Origin: Octopus sinensis
Lineage: Eukaryota
Direction: 5' to 3'
NCBI RefSeq assembly: GCF_006345805.1
Contig: NC_043000.1
Location: forward strand, 142,848,001-142,912,000
DNA: 64,000 bases
Part shown: positions 12,730 through 26,672 of the stretch, one piece after another
How positions within the stretch are numbered: the first letter of the stretch is position 1
Layout: every line of letters begins with the position of its first letter
Notes under the pieces: model-generated
Databases searched by the model: none
Seen by the model: the letters and a program-made list of their open reading frames with translations, nothing else
Told to the model about the DNA's origin: nothing
Program-made: the position numbers and the translations under genes

Positions 12730-13190
12730 ACTATATTATTTATACACACACACACACACACACATATATATAAACATTTATATATATGTGTGTGTGTATA
12801 AATATGTGCATACATATATATATATATATATGTGTGTGTGTATATATATATATGTATATATATATATGTGTGTGTATATATATATATGTGTATGTATATG
12901 TGTATAAGCACATATAAATGTATATATATAGGCATATGTGTGTGTGTGTGAGAGTGCACACCTGCACTCACAAAATAAAGAACAAAAGGTGAATATATGT
13001 ATGTGTACGTATGTAAGTATATGTATATATGTGGGTGCTTTTCTCTGTGTGTGTATGTGTGTGTGTGCACATATTTCATATAGATACCTCTCGATAGATA
13101 TAATGCATTTATTTTATTTATTTGACTACTGCACACCCACTTTTGTATGCATGTTTGCATATATAATATATATATATATATATATACCAA
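12730..13190. repeat. Compound CA/TA/TG microsatellite field
   Basis: Direct inspection. Confidence 0.9.
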
Positions 13191-14149
13191 TATTATATCT
13201 ATATCATATTTATATGTTATATCTTATTATATTGCATCACACCGTATTATACATGGCAGTCAGATGACTTTATTTAACCAGCTGTAGGCTTTCTGATAAT
13301 ACTTGTCCTTTGTTGCAAAAACAGAATCTACCGAAACACACAAATAAATACAGAACAATAAGTTTCGGTAACACACACATATGCAACTCTGTGTGTGTGT
13401 GTGCATGCGTGTGCATGTATATTACAGAAGTGAGTTTTCCAACAAAGGGACAAGGTGTATTTTCCATAGGAATAATAATAAAAAAAAAAAAAAACTATAT
13501 TTCATTGATAGACCATATATTTATTTATGCATAATTCTGTTATATGATTAATATTTTCTAACTGAAAAGAGAAAGTTGGTGGCATGACGTAAACATTTGA
13601 ATGGTGGACAAAATGCTTCACGATATTTAATTCTCTCTTTCTGTCTTCTATGCTAACATCACTTGGGATTGACATTGCAAATCATAACTACTGGGGTGTA
13701 TTCAATATAGGCCGCCATTCGAAACATATGTCATTGTGCCAATATTCGCAAATTAAATTTTTTCTACGGAATCAGTGGTGTTTTACTAGAAACAGTAAAA
13801 TATAGACATGATAGTTTACCATATTCTGTCATGACATGACTATATTTAGAGGTGAAAACCCAACAGATTGCTTTGTGCCTTAAACCCTTTTCATACCAAT
13901 GCACTTGAGACTGTTTAGTGTTGTGATTCAAAGCCAGCTGTTTTGTTATGTTCATATCTAAATTGAGACCTGTCTATCATAGCTTTAGTTTTATGAATGA
14001 ACCATTTGTTAATTTATGTCCAGAATTATTTCTTGATAAATAAAAAAACAGAAATAATTGTTTTACCAAATCCTGCCAAATTCTTAAATATTTTCAAAGT
14101 TAATTCAAACACACTGGCACAGAGAGTTTCAGTTGAAATTTCGATTTTG

Positions 14150-14355
14150 AAATTTTGGCACCAAGTCATGAATTTTGGGGGAGAGTGGAAGTCAATTACA
14201 TTGACCCCAGTTCTCAACTGGTATTTATTTTACTGACCCTTAAATGGATTGAAAGCAAAGTGGCCCATGGCAGAATTTGAGCTCAGAACACAAAGATGGA
14301 TGAAATTACACTTAGCATTTCACCCAGGATGCCAATGATTCTACCAGCTCAACAC
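14150..14355 (-). mobile_element. Decayed SINE B variant with alternative tail
   Basis: Diverged reverse complement of the Nin-like domain (attacattgaccccag...aactggtatttattttactgaccc). Confidence 0.65.
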
Positions 14356-15529
14356 CTTAATTTCAATAGAAATATTGTCACAAAACTATCACCATCACCA
14401 CTGCCATCTTCATCATCATCATCATCATCATCCTCATCATCATTATCATCGTCATTTGCTCTCTATGTTAGCATGGGATGGATGGGCCATCATGCTCAGA
14501 GACATTTATTAGTGGTTACTGCTGCTTCCATAGACTGGTATTTGTACATGGCATTTCACATGGATTTTGTGGTTAGATTCCCCTACTATATTGCCAACCA
14601 TTTTATAGGCAAAACTGGATGCATTTTCTCATAGCATCCACACTAAAGAGGCTGAATAGTCCTTGGCAAGACATACTAAAGGAGCCACTACTCATCTACC
14701 AATTATTTTACCATGTATACAGAGCGCAGCGTCTTGCTCTTCCTATAAAATGATTGACTTCTCTGGGACCAATACAATAAAAAAAAATCAACAATATACT
14801 GGTGTTTAACCCAATTGGTTGTATTAAATGCATGGTTTTTGTGTCAAACAAACAAATGGAAGTAGTCAATTGATGCATTGAGTTAATTTTAGTAGGCATT
14901 GATGTAGCAGAAATAAAAAAAAAACAATCAGATAATAAAACCTGAAATATTTAGCTTGATTTGTTTTCTTGAAAATGTGCATCATTGGATTTTATTTTTC
15001 CCCCTTTTAGAGTTAATCTCAGAACTTACATGGTTAGGATCAGTCTCAGCAAACAGAGCCTGTCCAGATCACTTCAAACAGCAAATGACCATTCATGGTG
15101 GAGATAGAAAATTTGGCTCCTCCTCCTCTTCCTCCACTTCCTCCTCATCATCATCATCATCACCACCACCACCACCTCCGTTATACCACTGCTGCTGCTG
15201 CCACTTCCACCACCATCATCATCATCATTATTTAAAGTACTCCTTTCCTGGCATTGGTTGGACAGTTTGGCAGGAGTTAGCAAGTCAGAAGACAGTGTCA
15301 AGTCTATTTTGTCTACTTTGGCTTGGTTTCTATACAGTTGGATGGCTTTCCTAATGCCAACCACTTAACAGAGGGTAGTGCATGCATTTTACATGGCACC
15401 AGCAGCAGTGAGGTTGCCAAGTAACATGCAGAACAAGACCCCTCAGCTGCAGGAGCAGGAAATAATACAGAAGTGGGTGGGTTAGTGCCGGGTGATGAGA
15501 AGTAAAATATGTATAGAGAGATGTAGAGA

Positions 15530-15958
15530 GGTGTAGGAGTGGCTGCGTGGAAAGTAGCTTGCTTACCAACCACATGGTTCTGGGTTCAGTCCTACTATGT
15601 GGCACCTTGGGCAAGTGTCTTCTACTATAGCCTTGGGCCAACCAAAGCCTTGTGAGTGGACTTGGTAGACAGAAACTGAAAGAAGCCCGTCGTATATATG
15701 TATGTATATATATATGTACAAGTGTGTAAATGTTTGTGTGTCTATGTTTGTCCCCCTAACATCGCTTGACAACCGATGCTGGTGTGTTTACATGCCTGTA
15801 ACTTAGCAATTCGGCAAAAGTGACCAATAGAATAAGTAGTAGGCTTACAAAGAAAAGGTCCTGGGGTTGATTTGTTCGACTAAAGGTGGTGCTCCAGTAT
15901 GGCCGCAGTCAAAAGACTGAAACAAGTAGAAGGGTAAAAAGAGTAAAGAGTAAAGAGA
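15530..15958 (+). mobile_element. SINE family A, full length
   Basis: Match to family A. Confidence 0.9.
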
Positions 15959-16336
15959 CAAAAATATATATCTTGCAGCAGAGGAGACACATGGCTATCT
16001 CAGTTAAAGAGAGGGAGTGAAAGTAGGAGAGAGGAGAGGAAGGAGAGGAAATGATGAAGATGTAACTAGGAGTACACTCAATTTACCTAGAGGTGTATAT
16101 AAGTGAAGCAGAACAAAGAATTGCACAGGGTAAGTGGGTGGAAGATAGTAGGGATGGAAATAGTGGGTGGTCACAAGCAGAGGGAGGAGGTGCTAGGAGG
16201 ATGTTTTGTGGTGGGGGAGACATTCGACAGGGATGTATTGTGGGCAGGTAGGTCCATGAGGAGGTGAAGGGAGAGATATACAGAGAGTGATGAATCCAAA
16301 ATGAGGGAGGGGTGGTGTTAGAAAGATGGGTTAGAA

Positions 16337-16568
16337 AGGCAGTGAGCTGGCAGAAACATTAGCATCCCGGGTGAAATGCTTAGCTGTATTTCGTCTGCCG
16401 CTATGTTCTGAGTTCAAATTCCGCCGAGGTCGACTTTGCCTTTCATCCTTTCAGGGTCGATTAAATAAGTACCAGTTGCACACTGTGGTCGATATAATCG
16501 ACTTAATCTGTTTGTCTGTCCTTGTTTGTCCCTTCTGGGTGTAGCCCCTTGTGGGCAGTAAAGAAATA
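16337..16568 (+). mobile_element. SINE family B with TSD
   Basis: Match to family B; AGAAAGATGGGTTA on both flanks. Confidence 0.9.
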
Positions 16569-17470
16569 AGAAAGATGGGTTATTGGGGGCGAGGAGCCAC
16601 ATAGGGTCTCTTTCACGTCAACAAATTAACTGAAAGTGGCACCTTAACTGAATGAACATTTACAGTGCTCAGACATGACAATCTGTTTATATACGTCATA
16701 AACTTCATAATATTGTCCCAGTATAATACACAGAAGCAAAAAATTAAGTGCATTGAAAATTTTAATATGCACCAACTAAACTGAGTTTCCACACACTATG
16801 AGGTTTGCATTTTCTTATGGAAATTAGCTGTTAATTTATGCCAGTAGTTGATTTGTTGAGAAGGTTGTCACTTTGCCTCCACGAACGTTTTCATATTGTC
16901 ATTGGGAAAAAAGCACAATTTTATAAATTATAACAAAATATAAAAATCTGTTCAGGAAATTACCCAAGCAAAAAATGTCTTTGAGTGAACTAATTTAGAA
17001 AATATGGAGTAAAAAAGAATAAGAATAGAATTTGAATATTCTCTGTTACACTAGCATAGTAATAGTCACAGTTATTAGTTCATTTTTGGAGCAGTGGATC
17101 TCAAAGCACATAAAGCTATGGATAATAGCATGTAAATTGGGTTGAAAGCCTTCTAGGATAGAAAAATATGAAGAAATGCATATGGGACAAATTCACATCT
17201 TCTCAATACATGACAAATGTTCTACCATTGGAATTTTACTTTTTCTGTTCAAATGGGATTTTCAACCCGATATTTACATGCTGTTACTTATAGCTTTGTG
17301 CTTTGAGATTCACTCTTCCCAACCAAAATTAATTCATGCTCTCTCAGATGTTTATAAATTTTGGTGGAATGGAGTTTAGGCAATACCACTGATGCAGCAC
17401 AGTTTACTGGTTGAGGGCGGGAGATGAAAAGCAAAGTTAATTTGAACACAGAACATAAAGTACCAGAACA

Positions 17471-17649
<179 letters not shown>

Positions 17650-18233
17650 GCCCTGATGCAGTACCAGGCAGTGGCTAAATGCCCTGATGCAGTACTAGGC
17701 AGTGGCTCTCATGGCTTCTGATCTTAACCTATTGGAAGTGTCTTCATGTACATTGTTTTGTCTTGGTATAAAAGATGGGCTACAGCAAATATTCTGCTCA
17801 ATACCACAGATATGCTTGTCAGCTGTTTGACCTTAAACAGTTGACCATGTCCCTTAGAGGCTGACGATATGTGCATCTCTGATCATGAGCAGAAGTAGTG
17901 GGGGAGCATCATAGCCGTGTGTTGAAAGGAATTCTTGGAGGTTTGGATAATTTTCCTTTGGAAATATGGGTGGTTCGTTCAATCCTTAAACAATCCTTAA
18001 TCAGGGACCTTTTGAGTGGGATGGGCTACTCGACCTGAAGAAAATTCTAACTGGGCCTTTCCAGCAAGGCCATGTGGCTGTTTATCTTGATATGAGATCA
18101 CCATGTTGCGCACATGTGGTTGTGATGCATATGCCTAGTGTATTCTTATCAGATGGGTAGTCATGATAGGTACACTGGGCTTCGTATATTTTACCCCATT
18201 GCCACTTTGATGGCATGCACTGCTCTCTCACTC
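17650..18233. mobile_element. ~585-bp non-coding element embedded between (AAT)n tracts
   Basis: GC-richer block bounded on both sides by AAT repeats; 31-bp direct duplication at its left end; no ORF. Confidence 0.6.
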
Positions 18234-18267
<34 letters not shown>

Positions 18268-18879
18268 GTAAAAAATTATTTTTTTGCCCTTTTTCATGAC
18301 TAGCACATAATGTTCACCTCTCCTCTGCTAACATGATTGGAGGCAAGAAGTCACAACAGTGTGACTGAAGATATCAGGTCAATATCCACAAAAACCATCA
18401 ACACCACAGCACATTCTCAGAGAAGAGGGAGAGTTTCTTCTATTTGGATGTCTTACAGGATGAAAAGCAAAATTTGTCAAAGAACAGATGAACTCAGGAT
18501 AATCAACAGCTCCACAAATAGCATTTTTTTGTTATAGTATTGCTGCTCATGATGCCACTTTCAGTTCATGAGAGTTGCAAAAATGATAATGTATACCTTG
18601 AGACTAAAAATAGTAGGAGGTCATCCTTTCAGATTTATGTCTTCTACTAGGGACGAAGGGTGTTTTAGCCTTGGCTGGCCTAGCAGTACTTTAGAGAAAG
18701 TGTCACAACACTTCTGGTTGTGACATCTTACTACCATAGTCATTTTTATTAGTGTAATGCCAAAAAAAAAGTGTAATCGCAACAGTGTTCAAGAAACTGG
18801 ATCTCCAAGTAAAGGTCTGTTGCGCAGCAAGTGTCCCACTAAGTAGAAGAATGCACCTGGTTATTATCCAACTGCTGCT

Positions 18880-19795
18880 GCAAAGATTAGGAGAAGATGG
18901 GTCTCAAAATGACATTAGGACTGTGATGGGGTGTTATTACAGAAGTGAGCCTACCAAAATAGGATACAGGAAAAGAATGTTTAAAATATGGATGGTGAAA
19001 GGTATGTTCCATTTCAAAGCAATGACTTCTAGGCCAGAAAGATTTAAGCATAAAACGACAGTGGCTATTCCAGCTGAAATGGGAAGAATATGGTTAAATA
19101 GAATATAAAAAAGAAGAGGAAATTGGACAAGACATATTATTGAGAGAGTGCAATAAATAATAGCCAAGATAAACACAAATTTTATTTTATGAAGGAAAGG
19201 AAAGGAGCTTAGTACAGTGGCTAATTAGACACAAACTAGCGATAGAAAGAAACTATAACCTTTGATAGGAATTGTAAAAAAAAATTTGCATAAAATAATA
19301 AAGGAGCTGGATGGCCAGTTAAAAAAAATCTGTTAAAAATATAAATGATTCAAATGACCACATATATAGCACAGTTTCTGTTACTGTGGAAATTCTTAGG
19401 GTTATTAATCCAGGAAAAGCAAGTGACAAAGAGACATGATGGAAATGGAGACTTGAAAACCATGTTGAACAGCTCAACAGAGATTTTAGAAGGATGAATG
19501 CATTAACTGGGAAGAAGCTATTAAAGGAAAGACATAGAAATGAGCTCTAAAGAAAGGACATGAAAAAACAGATAACACTTACCCGAAGAAGAGTTAAGAC
19601 AAAAAAGCTAAGGCAACAGCAGGGTAAAGAATTAGATACAAACAAGAATAAACCAGTGTTAGCAGAACAGGTTCTTCAGTAACAATGAAAGAAAATATTA
19701 TCAACAGCTGAACAACAAACATTAGCAACAAGGGAACGATGTGCTAAAGGCTTAAGCAGCAAGGAGCTTTTGGTCAGGTATTTGGAATAAAGAAA
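18880..19795 (+). pseudogene. Decayed R4/Dong-clade (RLE) LINE, N-terminal ORF region
   Basis: Fragments VMGCYYRSEPTKIGYRKRMFKIW, WKWRLENHVEQLNRD, QNRFFSNNERKYYQQLN, FWSGIW match motifs typical of R4-clade ORFs; many stops and frameshifts; cut by a SINE at 19808. Confidence 0.75.
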
Positions 19796-19807
19796 TTCTA
19801 TGTAACA

Positions 19808-20192
19808 TGCATGGCTGTGTGGTAAGAAGCCTACTTCCCAACCACATGGTTCCAGGTTCAGTCCCACTGCATGGCACCTTGGGCAAGTATCTTTTACTAT
19901 TGTCTCAGGCCGACCAAAGCCTTGTGAGTGGATTTGGTATACAGAAACTGAAAGAAGCTCCTCACGTGTGTGTGTGTGTGTGTATTTGTCTCTCTGCCTT
20001 CGCTTGACAACTGACACTGGTGTGTGTATGTCCCCATAATTATCAGTTCAGCAAAAGGGACTGATAGAATAAGTACTTGGCTTACAAAGAATAAATCCTG
20101 GGGTCGATTTCTTCAACTAAAAACCTTTAAGGTATGGCCAGCATGGCTGCAGTCAAATGTCTGAAACAAGTAAAAGAATAAAAGAATAAAAG
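19808..20192 (+). mobile_element. SINE family A
   Basis: Match to family A. Confidence 0.85.
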
Positions 20193-20934
20193 AACAGAGA
20201 AAGTTTGGTTATGAAAATTTGAAAGTGAAATGGAGAACAGATCAGAACAAGAGAATGCTCATGTGACAGATGAGAAAGTGAAAGTAAGAAATAAAAAGAG
20301 TGTTAAGCTCTATCAACAAAGTGTGAGAATCATCCACCTGCCTACAAAAGTGCAAGGATCGGAGAACTCTATAACTGATTGCCTTTTGCTCAGCTCACCT
20401 TTTACAATCTAAGCATTCAAAAAATGGTTTGTGATCATTTTCGTTAAGCAACATCTAATTGACTTCTTCTCTTTTTTGATAATGTTATCAAATGATGGAT
20501 TATTGCTTAATGTTATTATGTTGACAATATTTAATTATCGTTTCTAGTGCCTGCTTTTCTTTTTCATGTATCACTTCTATCATGCAGGTGCAAATGTACA
20601 AACCTCTGCCTGTACATTTTGATTAATTGTTTAGTGGCTTGTTTGTTCACTTTAGTGCAAAGGTTACCAGTAGTTCATAATCCTGCTGCTTCCGTGGTAA
20701 TCCACTTACGATGTGTAAGTATTGCAAATATCAAATCTCTATAATAAATCTAAAACAGTCAAAAAACAGAAGTTCCCTCAACCCCATATAATGAATTTGA
20801 TGCTCAAAAGTCCTGAGGTACTTTAGCATTTAAAATGGAATCAAAAATGGATTTGTTTTCATGCAGTAATCCTTGAAACAGTATCTTCTAAGCAGAGTTC
20901 TATCATAAAAGGTCTTTCTATATTCAACAACAAC

Positions 20935-20974
<40 letters not shown>

Positions 20975-20978
<4 letters not shown>

Positions 20979-21200
20979 GTGTGTATATGTTTGTGTGTCT
21001 GTGTTTGTCCCCCCAACATCGGTTGACAACCGATGCTGGAGTGTTTACATACTTGTAACTTAGCAGTTCGGCAAAAGAGACCGATAGAATAAGTACTAGA
21101 CTTAAAAAGAATAAGTCCTGGGATCGATTTGCTCGACTAAAGGTGGCACTCCAGCATGGCCACAGTCAAATGACTGAAACAAGTAAAAGAGTAAAAGAGT
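20975..21200 (+). mobile_element. SINE family A, 3' half only
   Basis: Starts at the internal microsatellite and ends GAAACAAGTAAAAGAGTAAAAGAG. Confidence 0.85.
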
Positions 21201-21202
21201 AA

Positions 21203-21390
21203 GGCCAGCAATTTCATGGGAGTGGGTAAGTCAATTACATTGACCCCAGTGTCCAACTAGTACTTATTTTATCGACCCCCCCAAAAGGATGAAAGACAAA
21301 GTTGACCTCGACAGAATTTGAACTTAGAACATGAGATTCCTCTAAGCATTTTTCCCCATGTACCAACAATTCTACCAGCTCATCGCCTTC
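21203..21390 (-). mobile_element. Decayed SINE B variant
   Basis: Reverse complement of the Nin-like domain and head. Confidence 0.7.
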
Positions 21391-21999
21391 ACCAAACCTG
21401 AATACTGTGTGTCATTATTATGTAATGTGCTGTTTCTCTGATATACTTAATCTACGCAATATAAATTTATTCGTCTTTTACAAGTGTTTCTTTATTGTTT
21501 TTTTTTTTTTTTCTTTCTGACAGGCTTTAGTGTACACCACACGTATATATGACCTTCGATGCTTTACCTGGTCGAGATGAAAACTAACCAGAATATTGTA
21601 TTTTGGCAGTGTGTCTGACTAACTTTTAGCTGGTTGCTATAAATAACTGCAGACTTCCATTGTTTGCTTAGAAATTGGTTAGCCAAAATGTAAATAAAAA
21701 AAACAGAGGCGAGAAGAATAAACAAAGCTATGATGACATGGCTCAGAGCAAATCAAGACACAAAGTTTGATTAACTAGTCATAGAAATAAGAAGAGCGAC
21801 AACTTGAGATGGTCTATTGCTCAAATACATACAACATATGCCAGTACTGACAACAAAATTATTTCTATGAATATATATATTATTATTATATGTTATTATG
21901 TCTTGTGCCGTGATGTGAGAGCATGTTCTCAACTTTAGAGCAAATGTGTACACATATATAAAGCAATAAAGTGAGTATGGATGCATGAGAGTGTGTGCA

Positions 22000-22056
22000 T
22001 GTATGTGTATGTATATATATATAAAAACATACACACACATATGCACACACACGCCC

Positions 22057-22117
<61 letters not shown>

Positions 22118-22125
22118 CATATACT

Positions 22126-22167
<42 letters not shown>

Positions 22168-22179
22168 TAGACATATACT

Positions 22180-22217
<38 letters not shown>

Positions 22218-22220
22218 AAA
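22000..22220. repeat. (TA)n/(CA)n microsatellite field
   Basis: Direct inspection. Confidence 0.95.
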
Positions 22221-22849
22221 ATCTATTTAATACATAAATGGCAATTTCTGTCTGTCTGTTATCATCTTAGTGCCTAAACCAGCAAACCAGTATTCCCAAA
22301 ACTTTGCATACATGTTACTCTAAACATCCACTTCAATAATAGGCTAATTAGGATCTTAATAAAAATTTTATAATGTGCCCCCCAGCAGCGTTGGAAGATT
22401 TATATGATGAAATGAAAAGCTAACAAAAAGTACAAGTCTGAGGGAAAGGTAACAGTAGAGAGAGGGTTACTTATATTAATGAAAGCAAGAAGAGCGGTGA
22501 CAATGCATTAATACAGTTGTCATATGCACTCCACACTGCATATAGGATTTTGTAAATACATAGCTACAACACACACACACACATACACACATACACACAC
22601 ACAGAAAGGTGGGTGCAAGGAATACATAGCTTTAAGGAGAGATGGGGTAGGTGACTTTTCTGCTGTCCATCACAAAGAAACTCTCACACACAGACACACA
22701 CACACACATACATATATACATATATCTATACATATATACATGCATATATATGTCTACTATACACCATTTTAAATTTGTGATTACCTGTGTGTACGCTTGG
22801 AAATGTGTGTGTATGTGTGTACCTATAATATTTATATATATTTATTTAT

Positions 22850-23071
22850 TGCCCACAAGGGGCTAAACATAGAGGGGACAAACAAGGACAGACAAAGGGA
22901 GTAAGTCGATTACATCGCCCCCAGTGCACAACTGGTACTTTATTTATTGACCCCGAAAGGATGAAAAGCAAAGTCAACCTCAGCGGAATTTGAACTCAGA
23001 ACGTAACAGCAGACAAAATGCCGCTAAGCATTTTGCTCGGCATGCTAACATTTCTGCCAGCTTGCCGCCTT
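22850..23071 (-). mobile_element. SINE family B
   Basis: Reverse complement match to family B. Confidence 0.9.
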
Positions 23072-23174
23072 TTTATATATTTATGAGGTCATAACCTGTG
23101 GCCCCTACCTGGGACGTAGTCAGTCCACCTGTGCATACCTTCCTTCTTGGGACACATAACTTTACTTGTGAAGA

Positions 23175-23550
23175 CATGTTGAGGCAAGTAAAAATCAAAT
23201 CAAAATCGAAATCGATCAACATCAATGGAATTTGTAGTTTGTGGTACCAGTGCCGGTGGCACATAAGAGAAGCATCCGAACGTGGCCATAGGCAGCACCG
23301 CATCGACTGGCCTCCGTGCTGGTGGCACGTAAAAAGCACCATCCGAGCGTGGCCGTTCGCCAGCCTCGTCTGGCACCTGTGTCGATGGCACTTAAAAAGC
23401 ACCCACTACACTCACAGAGTGGTTGGTGTTAGGAAGGGCATCCAGCTGTAGAAACACCGCCAGATCTGACTGGCCTGGTGCAGCCTTCGGGCTTCCCAGA
23501 CCCCAGTTGAACCATCCAACCCATGCTAGCATGGAAAGCGGACGTTAAAC

Positions 23551-23580
<30 letters not shown>
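23175..23580 (+). mobile_element. RTE-type 3' end (family C) with internal GGTGGCACGTAAAAAGCACC repeats
   Basis: Three core repeats, then the GGAAGGGCATCCAGC block and (GAT)n tail. Confidence 0.85.
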
Positions 23581-23581
<1 letters not shown>

Positions 23582-23837
23582 TCTTTATATTTATATTTTT
23601 AAGTACAAGAATATCCCAGTCACCATAAGTTCAAATATTTGAAGACTGCATGTAAGAAGTGGATTTACAGCACTACACAGTACACATAAGAACTGGAAAA
23701 AGACTGATGCATTATTTCTCTGTAAGCTTTGTTTTCTGCTTTCAGTTGCTACCAAATATATTGCTCTGAATTGTTTCACAGCATGATGTTTGTTCGAATT
23801 TTTTTTTCTATTTCCTTCACATGTTATTTCCTTCATA

Positions 23838-24245
23838 GGCGCAGGAGTGGCTGTGTGGTAAAGTAGCTTGCTTGCCAACCACATGGTTCCGGGTTCAGCC
23901 CCACTGCGTGGCACCTTGGGCAAGTGTCTTCTACTATAGCCTCGGGCCGACCAAAGCCTTGTGAGTGGATTTGGTAGACGGAAACTGAAAGAAGCCCGTC
24001 GTATATATGTATACATATATATATATATGTGTGTGTGTGCGTGTTTGTCCCCCTAGCATGGCTTGACAACCGATGCTGGTGTGTTTATGTTCCCGTCACT
24101 TAGCGGTTCGGCAAAAGAGACCGATAGAATAAGTTACTGGGCTTACAAAAAGAATAAGTCCCGGGGTCGATTTGCTCGACTAAAGGCGGTGCTCCAGCAT
24201 GGCCGCAGTCAAATGACTGAAACAAGTAAAAGAGTAAAGAGAAAG
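23838..24245 (+). mobile_element. SINE family A, full length, little diverged
   Basis: Match to family A. Confidence 0.9.
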
Positions 24246-24554
24246 AGTATGTTATGCATAAATATTTTGTGTTTATCAGGATATGAGATCACTCTATAAG
24301 CTATTAATTCATGAACATTGCTATTCAAAGCTGTGTTAATTGGGTGTTTACTATATTCCCCAAAACTCAGTTAATTATCACGTGTCCTTCTTGACTTCTA
24401 AACAAGTGAGTACTTCAAATAAAATTGGGCAAAGTGCTAATTGTAAAGTATATGATTGAAAGAAATATCTAGTTATATTTTGTAAACAAATAAGTGGTGT
24501 TACCAGAGCTAAAATAGGCTGAAACCATACATTCAGCAAATGACCAGTGCAAAA

Positions 24555-24944
24555 TCTTTATATATAAAAGTAAGGTTGTGTGTCTGTCTACTCCGATTTA
24601 GATTCCTAACTACTCCCACATTTTGCGGTGCAGTTTAAGCAAAACCGGGTATCTTATAGTCGTGATTCATATCAAGCCCTTCTGGGTATTAGCGCGCGTC
24701 TACAATGAGTCTACGATTTTAAAAGTAATTTACCGTCATTTTTTTCCATTTTAATGCATATTTTTTTAAAGGGAAGTAACTCTCTAAAAATGTCTACGAT
24801 GAGTCAACGATTTAAAAAAAAATTTACCATCATATTTTTTCCATTTTTAATGAATTTTTTTGCTATTTTTTGGCTATAACTCTCTAAAAATGCTTTATAG
24901 TTATTTCCCTTACATACCCGAGCAACGCCGGGCGATACTGCTAG
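24555..24944 (+). mobile_element. Non-autonomous Helitron
   Basis: A|TC start, subterminal hairpin CCCGAGCAACGCCGGG, CTAG|T end, no TSD; internal ~100-bp duplication; copies at 33189 and 39533. Confidence 0.85.
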
Positions 24945-25059
24945 TATGATATAAGACATGAAGGTTTATAATGCTGTTATTCATCTGTCAAGACAGTGAT
25001 GAACATCTAGTCATCCAAGGGTTGAAGCAGGAGTTGGGCTTTGTGTGTACATTGGTGAT

Positions 25060-25345
25060 TGATCAGGCCAAGCCATGGCCAGATGATTCTCTTGCAGTGT
25101 TGGCAGAGAATGGTAGCAGTAGTTGGAGATTATAAGACACTGGTTATTCTGACCTGCCTACATTGCTCAGCTACAGCAATTTTGTTGGTTTTGAAGACCA
25201 GCATGCCCTTGCAGACAGCTGATTGCCACTTGCCTCTGTCCTGGTCTATCTATTTCCATGTTATACATGTGATGTTGAAGGCCTTTAGATAAGCTTTTCA
25301 AGTGTCCTCAAAATAGTTTTTTCTGGCTTCCTTGGAAGCGTTTGC
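25060..25345 (-). pseudogene. RTE/BovB-like LINE ORF C-terminal remnant
   Basis: Minus translation GELQ*...FEDT*KAYLKAFNI...QDRGKWQSAVCKG...NKIAVAEQCRQ. Confidence 0.75.
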
Positions 25346-25364
25346 TTACTGGAGTTCACCATAT

Positions 25365-25772
25365 AGGCGCAGGAGTGGCTGTGTGGTAAGTAGCTTGCTT
25401 ACCAACCACATGGTTCCAGGTTCAGTCCCACTGTGTGGCATCTTGGGCAAGTGTATTCTACTATAGCCTCAGGCCGAACAAAGCCTTGTGAGTGAATTTG
25501 GTTGACGGAAACTGAAAGAAGCCCGTCGTATATATGTATATATATATATATGCGTGTGTGTGTTTGTGTGTCTGTGTTTGTCCCCCTAGCATTGCTTGAC
25601 AACCAATGCTGGTGTGTTTATGTCCCCATTACTTAGCGGTTCGGCAAAAGAGATTGATAGAATAAGTACTAGGCTTACAAAAGAATAAGTCCCAGGGTTG
25701 AGTTGCTCGATTAAAGGCAGTGCTCCAGCATGGCTGCAGTCAAATGACTGAAACAAGTAAAAGAGTAAAAGA
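25365..25772 (+). mobile_element. SINE family A, full length
   Basis: Match to family A. Confidence 0.9.
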
Positions 25773-26086
25773 GAATTTAAGTTTCTTTGGGCAATGGAGG
25801 TCTGGTATACATACTACAAGCTACTTCATCATTGAAATTCTAAACAACAAGAATGAAGCACAGCAGTGATGGAAATAAAATTTTATTCATCAACTTGGAT
25901 TGAAGACTGTAACTAAAAACATAATACTTTAAAGTCAAATGGCCATCAATACAAAACCATCAGTCTGGAAATTCTGGAATGTTCAACAGATTTAGAAAAT
26001 GATCTGAAATCCAAAACCTTAGGGTTCTAAGGTAGTATGTGCACACACATGTTGAATTGAAAAGAAATATTAAATATAGTGCTGGC

Positions 26087-26240
<154 letters not shown>

Positions 26241-26245
26241 ACTCT

Positions 26246-26417
26246 AGGCATACGAGTGGCTGTGTGGTAAGTAACTTGCTTACGAACCACATGGTTCCAT
26301 GTTCAGTCCCACTGCATGGCATCTTGGGCAAGTGTCTTCTACTATAGGCTCGGGCCGACCAAAGCCTTTTGAGTGGATTTGGTAGATGGAAACTGAAAGA
26401 AGCCCATCGTATATATG

Positions 26418-26452
<35 letters not shown>

Positions 26453-26672
26453 ATGAGTGTATGTGTGCGTTTGTGTTTGTCCCCCAACCATCGCTTGACA
26501 ACCGACGTTGTTGTGTTCACGTTCCCGTATCTTAGCAGTTCAGCAAAAAAGACCAATAGAATAAGTACTAGGCTTACAAAGAATAAGTCCTGAAGTCAAT
26601 TTGTTCGACTAAAGGTGGTGCTCCAGCATGGCCACAGTCAAATGACTGAAACAAGTAAACGATAAAAGATAA
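26246..26672 (+). mobile_element. SINE family A, full length
   Basis: Match to family A. Confidence 0.9.

Noticed and set aside
13575-13741. GAA-ACATATGT-C with a possible 9-bp stem II (GAATGGTGG/CCGCCATTC) resembling a hammerhead 3' half
   Set aside because: No CUGANGA-like core at the required position and a ~100-nt loop; could be chance or too decayed to support
17650-17707. Two 30-bp direct repeats superficially like a CRISPR repeat pair
   Set aside because: Adjacent tandem duplication with no spacer; eukaryotic context; no cas genes
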